A DNA stretch of 64,000 bases from contig CAVXEP010000016.1 of NCBI GenBank assembly GCA_963760795.1, positions 96,001 through 160,000 on the forward strand. The letters run 5' to 3'. The DNA is from an uncultured delta proteobacterium (lineage in GTDB: Bacteria; Desulfobacterota; Binatia; UBA9968). Positions 52,461 through 64,000 of this stretch are shown one piece after another; positions within the stretch are counted from its first letter, which is position 1, and each line of letters opens with the position of its first letter. Below the pieces are notes generated by a model. It was not told where the DNA came from and did no database searches. It saw nothing but the letters and a program-made list of their open reading frames with translations. A program made the position numbers and the translations under genes.

Positions 52461-53624
52461 ATGAAAGCGATTTTAGCCTTAGCGGACGGCAAATTTTTTA
52501 GCGGTGTAGGCTTCGGCGCCGAAGGCGAAGCCGTTGGCGAAGTGGTTTTCAACACCAGCATGACCGGCTACCAAGAGATTCTCACCGACCCGTCTTATGA
52601 AGGCCAGTTGGTGGCGATGACCTATCCACAGATCGGTAACGTCGGGGTTAATCTTGAAGACGTCGAGTCGCGCCGGCCGTTCATGCGCGGCTTCATCGTT
52701 AAAGATTACACCGCCGAGCCGAGCAACTGGCGCGCCAGCCAGCCGCTGCATGAATATATGCAGGCCAATGGCATTGTCGGCATCTACGGCATCGATACCC
52801 GCGCGCTGGTGCGCCACCTGCGCGATCACGGAGCGCAAGACGGCATTATCTCGACAGGAGCGGCGAGTGCTGAAGAGTTGGCCGCCAAAGCCAAAGCTTC
52901 CCCGGGCCTTGTCGGCCAAGATCTGGTTAAAAATGTTACATGCCACGAGCCGTACGACTGGAATGAAGGCATGTGGCGACTAGTGGGCGGCTACAAGCGG
53001 CGCGATGGCGGCAGCGCTGCCAAGCGCAGCCGCAAGGGCAGCTTCACCGCGCCAAAATACTTCGTCATCGCCTACGACTATGGCATCAAATATAACATCC
53101 TGCGCAATCTCGCCGAGTCGGGCTGCCAGGTGCGCGTGGTGCCGGCGTCGATGCCGGCGAGCGAGGTGCTGGCGCTGAATCCCGATGGAATCTTTCTTTC
53201 CAACGGTCCCGGCGATCCCGACGCGGTTCCCTATGCGAAAGAAAACGTCCAACAGCTGATTGGCAAGAAACCGATCTTCGGCATTTGCCTGGGGCATCAA
53301 ATATTAGGTTTGGCCCTGGGCGGCAACACTTACAAACTCAAGTTCGGCCATCATGGCGGCAACCAGCCGGTGATGGATCTGACCACGCGCAAAGTCGAGA
53401 TCACGTCGCAGAATCATGGCTTCGCCGTCGATGCCGATTCGCTGAGCGGTGCCGCGCAACTGACTCACTTAAATCTCAACGACAACACGGTGGAAGGATT
53501 GGCGCATCGCGAGCTGCCGATCTTTTCCGTGCAGTATCATCCCGAGTCCTCGCCCGGCCCCCATGACGCGAACTATTTGTTTAAACGCTTTACCGACCTG
53601 ATGGCGCAGCACCGAGGCTCGTAG
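52461..53624 (+). CDS. carA: Carbamoyl-phosphate synthase small subunit
   Basis: [40 protein letters not shown]. Confidence 0.97.
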   Translation: MKAILALADGKFFSGVGFGAEGEAVGEVVFNTSMTGYQEILTDPSYEGQLVAMTYPQIGNVGVNLEDVESRRPFMRGFIVKDYTAEPSNWRASQPLHEYMQANGIVGIYGIDTRALVRHLRDHGAQDGIISTGAASAEELAAKAKASPGLVGQDLVKNVTCHEPYDWNEGMWRLVGGYKRRDGGSAAKRSRKGSFTAPKYFVIAYDYGIKYNILRNLAESGCQVRVVPASMPASEVLALNPDGIFLSNGPGDPDAVPYAKENVQQLIGKKPIFGICLGHQILGLALGGNTYKLKFGHHGGNQPVMDLTTRKVEITSQNHGFAVDADSLSGAAQLTHLNLNDNTVEGLAHRELPIFSVQYHPESSPGPHDANYLFKRFTDLMAQHRGS

Positions 53625-53629
53625 CATCC

Positions 53630-56869
<3,240 letters not shown>

Positions 56870-56990
56870 CGGCGATGCAGCGCTTCGTCAGTGTCCTGGA
56901 ATTACTTGTGAACTCGGATAATTTAGGGGTCGGTTCGCGTGTGTATCCTGTCGTCAATAGTGACCATCCCTGCGGTTCGATAGGCTATCG

Positions 56991-59204
56991 ATGGCGATCT
57001 TAAAGCCAGTGGCAGAAGCCGCCAAACTGGTCACGACGAGTTCACAGCCCCGTGCCAATGCGCGCGAATGCTTGCGAGCTCTCGCGACCTCGATTCAGTC
57101 CCTCAAGGGCGTCGGTCCCAAACGGGCGGCGCAACTCGAAGCCAGCGGGCTCGCCACCGTCGAAGACATTCTCTATCACTTGCCGTTTCGCTTTGAGGAC
57201 CGCCGCCAGTTGAAGAAAATCAACCAAGCAGCGCTGGGCCAAGAGGAGAGCTTTACCGGTCAGCTGGTGCTGCTGCAAAACCGGTTCAACCCGCGCCGGC
57301 GCAGTCAGATGCTGTCGGCGGTGCTGCGCGACGACACCGGCACAATTGAATTGATGTGGTATCGGGCGCCAGGTTACTTGGCCAACGGACTGGCTCAAGG
57401 GCAAAATCTACTGGTTCATGGCAAGGTCGAGCAGGGCGCGCAGGCGCGCCTGCGTATCGTCCATCCCGACTTTGAAGTATTGGAGCCCGGTGAAGAGAGC
57501 GCCCATGCGCGTATCTTGCCAGTGTATCTGCGGCCGGGCGGCATGCCGATGTCATTCATGCGCAAGCTGGCGGCGCAAGCGCTCGAGCAATACGCGCAGT
57601 ATCTGCCGCCGGGACTACCGAGCAGCGTAGCGAGCCGCATGCAGCTGGTCGCCATCCCGGAAGCGCTACGCCGATTACACCAGCCGTCGCTGGATACCAG
57701 TGTAAACGCCCTGAACGATGCCAGCTCGCCGGCGCACCGCAGCGTGATCTTCGACGAGCTATTTTATCTGCAACTGGGGTTGGGGTTGCGCAAGCGCTCG
57801 CGCACGCAGAGCCGCGGCCAGCCGGTTCATTTGACTGACGGTAAACTAGTTCAGCGCATGCGCGAATTGTTGCCGTTCGAACTCACCGGCGCGCAGGATC
57901 GGGTTTTTGGCGAGATCGCCGCCGACATGGCGGGCGAGCAGCCGATGCAACGCTTGGTTCAAGGCGATGTCGGTTCGGGCAAGACCATGGTGGCATGGTT
58001 GGCGTCGCTGCGGACCATCGAGCAAGGCTATCAAGCGCTCTGGATGGCGCCCACGGAAATTCTCGCCGAGCAGCACTTTCGCGGTTTGTCGGGCTACGCC
58101 AAGACTTTGGGAGTTACGGCGGCGCTTCTCACGGCGGCGACGACGGCAAAAGAGCGCAAGGAATTGCTGCCGCGCATCGAGCGCGGCGAAGTGCAGTTTC
58201 TCGTCGGCACCCACGCGTTGATTCAAGAAGATATCCATGCGCCGCGCATGGGTCTGGGCGTCGTTGACGAACAGCACCGCTTCGGCGTGGCGCAGCGTTT
58301 GTCGTTGCGCCAACTGGTGGCCGGCAAGGATTCTCTGTCTTCGACCAGCCATGAGCCGCATATGCTGTTGATGAGCGCGACGCCGATCCCGCGCAGTCTG
58401 GCGATGGTGCTGTACGGCGACATGGAGGTTTCCTTCGTCGATGCCATGCCGCCGGGGCGCACACCGGTGCAAACCAAAGTGTTCAACGAACGGGAGCGCA
58501 AGCAGGTTTACACGATGGTTCTCGACCAATTGAAAAAAGGCCATCAAGCCTTTGTCGTCCTGCCGCTGGTCGAAGCCTCCGAACAGCTGCAACAAGTTAA
58601 GGACGCCACCCAGATGGCGGAAAAAATGCGCCAAACTTTGTTCAAAGACTTCGGCATCGGCCTGGTGCATGGCCGCATGAAAGCGGACGAGCGCGACCAA
58701 ACCATGCGCGCCTTTCGCGACGGCAAGTTGGGGATTCTCGTCGCTACCACCGTCATCGAGGTCGGCATCGACATTGCCAACGCCACGGTCATGGTCATCG
58801 AGCATGCCGAGCGCTTCGGCTTGTCGCAGCTCCATCAACTACGCGGCCGGGTCGGGCGCGGCCAGGCGCCGGGCTATTGTTTGTTGGTCAATCGCGGCAC
58901 CGGCGGTGCCGTCGCCGCCGAAAGATTGCGCGTCATGGCCAACGAGAAAGATGGTTTTAAGATCGCCGAAGCGGATTTGAAATTACGCGGTCCCGGCGAA
59001 CTTCTTGGCACGCGACAGTCGGGTTTGGCCGATTTCCGTTTGGCCAATCTGATCCGCGATACCCAGTTGCTCATCGCCGCGCGTCAAGAAGCCTTGGCAT
59101 GGTTGGAAAAGGACCCGCAGCTCAAAAACAAAGACTCCGCGGGCATGCGACAGGTTCTCAAACATCGCTGGGGCAAGCGATTGCAGTTGGGAGCGGTAGG
59201 GTAA
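56991..59204 (+). CDS. recG: ATP-dependent DNA helicase RecG
   Basis: QGDVGSGKT, DEQHRFG, MSATPIPR, QLHQLRGRVGRG, DGF.IAE.DL..RGPG. Confidence 0.96.
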   Translation: MAILKPVAEAAKLVTTSSQPRANARECLRALATSIQSLKGVGPKRAAQLEASGLATVEDILYHLPFRFEDRRQLKKINQAALGQEESFTGQLVLLQNRFNPRRRSQMLSAVLRDDTGTIELMWYRAPGYLANGLAQGQNLLVHGKVEQGAQARLRIVHPDFEVLEPGEESAHARILPVYLRPGGMPMSFMRKLAAQALEQYAQYLPPGLPSSVASRMQLVAIPEALRRLHQPSLDTSVNALNDASSPAHRSVIFDELFYLQLGLGLRKRSRTQSRGQPVHLTDGKLVQRMRELLPFELTGAQDRVFGEIAADMAGEQPMQRLVQGDVGSGKTMVAWLASLRTIEQGYQALWMAPTEILAEQHFRGLSGYAKTLGVTAALLTAATTAKERKELLPRIERGEVQFLVGTHALIQEDIHAPRMGLGVVDEQHRFGVAQRLSLRQLVAGKDSLSSTSHEPHMLLMSATPIPRSLAMVLYGDMEVSFVDAMPPGRTPVQTKVFNERERKQVYTMVLDQLKKGHQAFVVLPLVEASEQLQQVKDATQMAEKMRQTLFKDFGIGLVHGRMKADERDQTMRAFRDGKLGILVATTVIEVGIDIANATVMVIEHAERFGLSQLHQLRGRVGRGQAPGYCLLVNRGTGGAVAAERLRVMANEKDGFKIAEADLKLRGPGELLGTRQSGLADFRLANLIRDTQLLIAARQEALAWLEKDPQLKNKDSAGMRQVLKHRWGKRLQLGAVG

Positions 59205-59312
59205 AGTTGTGTGAATTGCCGCACCTGAAGTTTTCTTATTTGCACCTAGGGCAGCGATGCCTTATAAATGGAAAAATCTTTGATTCTCTAAACCAAACAG
59301 AGGTGACGGCCC

Positions 59313-60491
59313 GTGGAATTTCAGCGGATTAAGCGGCTGCCGCCCTATGTCTTCAGCATCATCGATGGCATGAAGATGGAGGCGCGGCATCGAGGCGAAG
59401 ATATCGTCGATTTCGGCATGGGCAACCCGGATTTGCCGACTCCGCCGCATGTCGTGGCCAAGCTCATCGAAGCCGCATCGAAGCCCGCCAACCACCGCTA
59501 CTCGGTCTCCCGCGGCATTTATAAACTCCGCGTCGCCATCGCCAAGTGGTACAGCCGGCGTTACGGCGTGATCATCGATCCGGACAGCGAGGCGATCGTT
59601 ACCATCGGCGCTAAAGAAGGGTTGTCCCATCTCGCCTGGGCGACCATCGATCCTGGCGATGTGGTGCTCTGTCCGAGTCCGACCTATCCGATTCACCAGT
59701 ATTCCGTTGTGCTCGCCGGCGGCGATCTGCGCTGCATTCCGCTGACCACCAGCGAAGAATTCTTCGGCCATCTCGAAGAGGCGATCCGCCAGACCTGGCC
59801 CAAGCCGAAGATGCTGATCATCAGCTTTCCGCATAACCCGACGACGCAGGTGGTGGAGCTCGACTTTTTTGAGAAGGTGGTCAAAGCGGCCAAGGAGCAT
59901 GGCTTTATCGTCGTCCACGATCTGGCCTATGCCGATCTTACGTTCGATGGCTACCAGGCGCCGAGTTTTCTCCAGGCGGCTGGCGCCAAGGATGTCGGCG
60001 TGGAGTTCTTCTCATTATCGAAGAGCTACAACATGCCCGGCTGGCGTGTCGGCTTTTGCGTCGGCAACAAGGAGATCGTCCACGCGCTGGCGCGGATCAA
60101 GAGTTATCTCGACTACGGTATCTTTCAGCCGATTCAGATCGCGGCAATTCAAGCCCTCGACGGACCGCAGGATTGCGTCGACGAGATTTGTTCGATGTAT
60201 CGAAAGCGCCGCGACTCGCTGCTCGACGGCCTCGACCGCGCCGGCTGGCATATTCCCCGGCCCAAGGGCACCATGTTCGTCTGGGCCGAGATTCCCGAGC
60301 CGGCGAAAAAAATGGGCTCGGTGGAGTTCGCTAAATACCTGCTCCAGGAAGCCCAGGTGGCGGTGTCGCCGGGTATCGGCTTCGGCCAGTATGGCGACGA
60401 GCATGTGCGCTTCGCGTTGATCGAGAACGAGCATCGGACCAAGCAGGCCGTGCGCAAGATCAAAAAGGCGCTTGGCAAGCTGCTCGATTAG
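59313..60491 (+). CDS. alaC: Class I/II PLP aminotransferase (AlaC-like)
   Basis: [54 protein letters not shown]. Confidence 0.85.
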   Translation: MEFQRIKRLPPYVFSIIDGMKMEARHRGEDIVDFGMGNPDLPTPPHVVAKLIEAASKPANHRYSVSRGIYKLRVAIAKWYSRRYGVIIDPDSEAIVTIGAKEGLSHLAWATIDPGDVVLCPSPTYPIHQYSVVLAGGDLRCIPLTTSEEFFGHLEEAIRQTWPKPKMLIISFPHNPTTQVVELDFFEKVVKAAKEHGFIVVHDLAYADLTFDGYQAPSFLQAAGAKDVGVEFFSLSKSYNMPGWRVGFCVGNKEIVHALARIKSYLDYGIFQPIQIAAIQALDGPQDCVDEICSMYRKRRDSLLDGLDRAGWHIPRPKGTMFVWAEIPEPAKKMGSVEFAKYLLQEAQVAVSPGIGFGQYGDEHVRFALIENEHRTKQAVRKIKKALGKLLD

Positions 60492-60533
60492 CCTGCCACG
60501 GCGATTTTCTAGATATGATGCGAAGATCCTTTC

Positions 60534-60611
60534 ACCACGAAGGCACGAAGGACACGAAGGTTTCGGAGATTTAGTAGTTCGAACTTCGTGATCTTAGTGC
60601 CTTCGTGGTAA
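60534..60611. repeat. Inverted CACGAAG/CTTCGTG tandem-unit repeat
   Basis: CACCACGAAGGCACGAAGGACACGAAG...CTTCGTGATCTTAGTGCCTTCGTGGT; related copies at 39517-39575 and ~438-463. Confidence 0.75.
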
Positions 60612-60652
60612 AAACAGATTTTCAATTCGGCACATAATCCACACGCAATACA

Positions 60653-62046
60653 ATGGCAACAGCGAATACTCGGCGCAAAGTCGGTGTCGGACTGCTCGGC
60701 TCTGGGGTGGTCGGCGAGGCGATTCAGGATATCTTGTTCCGCGATCTCAAGGGACAGGTCGGTAACGACGTCGAGCTTGAGATTCGCAAGATTTACACGC
60801 GTAATCCTCATGGCAAAAAATGGTTCGGCAAGCGCAAAGCGCTGTTCACCAGCCGGCCGGAAGAAGTGCTCGATCATCCGGGCGTCGATATCGTCATCGA
60901 AGCTCTGGGCTTTCAATCGGCGGCGCAGTTGCCGCAGTTTCGCGATTATATTTTGCGCGCCTTCCGCAACGGTAAGTCGGTGGTGACTTCCGACAAAGCT
61001 GTCTTGGCCCGTTACGGCAAAGAGATTTGGGCGGCGGCAAAAAGTTACGGACGACAGTTGCGCTTCGAAGCTTGCGTCGGCGGCGGCATACCGGTGATCC
61101 GCTCGCTCAGCGAGAGTTTCGCCGTCGAGCAGCCCGAAGCGGTCTTCGGCATCGTCAACGGCACCTGTAATTATATTCTCTCGCAGATGGAGAAGAGCGG
61201 GAAACCCTACGCCGAGGCATTGCGCGAGGCGCAGCAAAAAGGCTACGCCGAAACCAATCCGGCAGCCGACGTCAATGGCAGCGACGCCGAAGCCAAACTG
61301 CTGTTGCTCAGCATGGTCGCCTTCGGCTTGCAGATCGAGCCGGGAAAGATTTGGCGCAAAGGGATTGAAGAAATCCAAGCGGTCGATTTTCGCTACGCCC
61401 AACGCATCGGCGCCAGCACGATCAAACAGTTGGCGGTGGCGCGCCGGCGCGGTTCGGCGGTACAAGTGTTCGTTTCGCCGGCGCTAGTCTCTGGAGAGAA
61501 CTTTCTCGCCAAAGTCGATGGCGCAACCAACGCGGTCTGCTTCGCCGGCAAGAGCAGCAGCGGCGGACGCGGCGCGCGGGATTGCGACTATGTCTTGGTC
61601 GGTCCGGGTGCCGGCGGCGGACCCACTGCCGTGGCGGTGTTGGGCGATGTCTGCGAGTTGGCCCGCGGTACGCGCCAGTTTAGCGGCGCGCCGAGTTTGA
61701 TCCCACCGGGCACCCTGAAGCTGCAACGGGAAGATGAAATCGATGTGCCGTTCTACGTTCGCTTCGTGGTCAAAGACCGCGCCGGCATCGTCGGCGATAT
61801 CGGCAAGACCTTCGGCCGCATGGGCGTGAATATTTCCGAGATCTGGCAGCTGCGCCATGTCGAAGAGGAGCTGCGCAGTCTGATGCAGAGCTACCGGCTC
61901 AAACAAAAGCGCGGCGAGTTTTGCCGTTCGTTATGACCCTCGAGCGCACGACGCTGCGGCAGATGCGCCGGGCACTGGACTCTATTCGCAATCGCGACTA
62001 TATCCTAGTCGATCCGGTATGGTTTCCGATCTGGAGTTCGAGCTAA
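60653..62046 (+). CDS. hom: Homoserine dehydrogenase with ACT-like tail (frameshift ~61918)
   Basis: GLLGSGVVG, FEACVGGGIP, GIVNGTCNYIL, GYAE.NP..DV.G.D, GPGAGG.PTA; tail LPFVMTLE...WFPIWSSS in the next frame. Confidence 0.9.
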
Positions 62047-62086
62047 GTACTCGGCAAGTCAGAAAACTTAAGGTGGTTTTGCACAG

Positions 62087-63309
62087 ATGAAATATATCAT
62101 TCTTCAAGGCGACGGCATGGCCGACTATCCGATCGAAGCGCTCGGCAACAAGACGCCCTTGGAAGCGGCACGCACGCCCAACATGGACTGGCTGGCGCAG
62201 CATGGCGTCTACGGCATCGCCCATGTCATTCCTAAAGGTTTTCCCCCCGGCAGCGATGTCGGCAACATGAGCATCATGGGTTACGACCCGGCGGTCTATC
62301 ACACCGGCCGCTCGCCCTTGGAGGCCGCCAGCATGGGTGTGGCGCTGGGACCCAAAGATATCGCCTTTCGTTGCAATCTGGTCACCGTCGCGGGCAGTGG
62401 CTCTGAGGCGATCATGGAAGATTTTACTTCCGGCCATATCTCTACTGATGAAGCCGCGGAAATTATCCGCGACCTGGGCCGCGAACTCGGCGGCGCCGGC
62501 ATCGAGTTTTTTCCCGGCGTCAGTTATCGCCATCTGATGGTTTGGCGCGACGGCATGGAGAAAGATGGACAACCACGCCGCCCCATGACATCACCGACCA
62601 AAAGACCGCCGGTTATCTGCCCAATGGCGAGGGCGCCGAGCGTTTGCTCAAGCTGATGGCGGCGTCGCAACCTTTATTGGCGCAGCATCCGATAAACTTA
62701 AAGCGCAAGGCCGAAGGACAGCGCCAAGCGACGACCATCTGGCTATGGGGCCAGGGGCGGGCGCCGCAGTTGCCGCCGCTGACCGAACGTTTCGGCATTA
62801 CCGGCGGAGTGATCTCAGCTGTCGATATCATTCATGGCTTGGGCGTCTACGCCGGCTTGGAGCGCATCGATGTGCCGGGAATTACCGGCTTTCTCGATAC
62901 TAATTATCTCGGCAAGGGCGAATATGGCGTGCGCTCATTGGAGAAAAACGACTTGGTGTTCATCCATGTCGAGGCCACCGACGAGGCCGGCCATATGGGC
63001 GACTGGAAAGCGAAGATTCAGGCGCTGGAAGATTTTGACGAAAAGGTCGTCGGCACGGTGTTGAAAGGTATGTCGCAGCGCCAGGATTATCGCATTCTAC
63101 TCATGCCCGACCATCCAACCGCCTGCGCACTCAAGACCCATGTTTCCGAGCCGGTGCCCTTCGTGTTGTATTCGCCCCAAGAGGCGCGCGATAACGGCCC
63201 GGTGGGTTACAACGAAAAAGATGCACTCAAGACTGGCGTGGTGGCCGAACAAGCTTACCGGCTCATGGAGTCGCTGATTGAAGGGAGACCGACATGGACA
63301 GAAATCTAG
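62087..63309 (+). CDS. apgM: Cofactor-independent phosphoglycerate mutase, ApgM type (frameshift ~62560)
   Basis: GDGMAD, KTPLEAA, PPGSDV, GRSPLEAA, TTPPHD, HVEATDEAGH, PDHPT. Confidence 0.88.
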
Positions 63310-64000
63310 CTCTAGAAGCAGTGCGTGTGACCGAAGCGGCGGCGCTCAATTGTGCCCGCTTGACCGGGCGCGGCGATGAGAAAGCCGCCGACCAAGCGGC
63401 GGTGGATGCCATGCGCAAGGCCTTCGATGGTTTGGGTATCGATGGCACGATTGTCATCGGCGAGGGCGAACGGGACGAAGCGCCGATGCTCTATATCGGC
63501 GAAAAGGTCGGCTCCGGCGGCCCTAAGGTCGATATCGCTCTCGATCCCCTGGAAGGCACGACCATCTGCGCCACCGGCGGCCCCAACGCGCTCGCTGTGC
63601 TCGCCATGGGCGATGGCGGCAACTTACTCCACTGTCCCGACACCTACATGCAGAAGATCGCCTGCGGTCCGATCGGCAAAGGTGTCGTCGATATCGATAA
63701 AACGCCGACGGAAAATCTCCACGCCCTGGCGGAAGCGAAGAAGTGTAAGGTCGAAGATCTAACCGTTATCATTCTATCGCGGCCGCGCCATGACGCGATC
63801 ATTCAAGAAGTGCGCAAGGCCGGCGCGCGCATTCGCCTGATCGGCGACGGCGACGTCGCGGCGGCTATCGCCACCACCAAGGCGGAGACCGGCATCGATT
63901 TGCTTCTGGGCATCGGCGGCGCGCCGGAAGGGGTCTTAGCAGCGGCGGCATTGCGCTGTGTCGGCGGCGAATTCCAAGGACGCCTGGCGCCGCGCAACAA
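63294..64000 (+). CDS. glpX: Class II fructose-1,6-bisphosphatase (partial, runs off window)
   Basis: Manual translation MDRNLALEAVRVTEAAA...GRGDEKAADQAAVDAMR...VIGEGERDEAPMLYIGE...DPLEGT...DGDV. Confidence 0.93.
   Translation, partial: MDRNLALEAVRVTEAAALNCARLTGRGDEKAADQAAVDAMRKAFDGLGIDGTIVIGEGERDEAPMLYIGEKVGSGGPKVDIALDPLEGTTICATGGPNALAVLAMGDGGNLLHCPDTYMQKIACGPIGKGVVDIDKTPTENLHALAEAKKCKVEDLTVIILSRPRHDAIIQEVRKAGARIRLIGDGDVAAAIATTKAETGIDLLLGIGGAPEGVLAAAALRCVGGEFQGRLAPRN

Overview
GC-rich bacterial chromosomal window. Gene content (expanded UbiD, LLM, amidohydrolase and ABC substrate-binding paralogues, an 'EPEKRLLLAVLEDAI' protein) suggests Candidatus Binatia/Binatota; this is inference only. 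About a dozen single-base frameshifts in otherwise intact genes point to an unpolished long-read assembly. Layout: MFS, gor and a B12-radical SAM gene (1-3.8 kb); an FhlA-like sigma-54 activator with two apparent target promoters driving an SDR, small proteins, STAS and thioredoxin (4-10.9 kb); comM, guaBA and LOG (11-17 kb); a long accessory catabolic region with Co-type nitrile hydratase, a REP-associated tyrosine transposase, three UbiD decarboxylases, a membrane TIR protein, an M24/enolase/opine dehydrogenase/LLM/ABC/M20 cluster, three tandem SBPs, a Mo-hydroxylase large subunit and a HAD-like dioxygenase (17-49.7 kb); then core genes pyrR, pyrB-fusion, carAB, recG, alaC, hom, apgM, glpX. 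The most striking item is the pyrimidine operon. A PyrR attenuator leader and a stand-alone PyrR precede a three-part fusion of ATCase (PyrB), a PyrI-type Zn domain and a second PyrR domain, and the two PyrR copies appear to have lost complementary functional motifs. Other highlights are a terminator/uORF leader on guaBA, a duplicated 29-bp enhancer upstream of two sigma-54 promoters, and an unannotated Zn-ribbon microprotein behind a UbiD.
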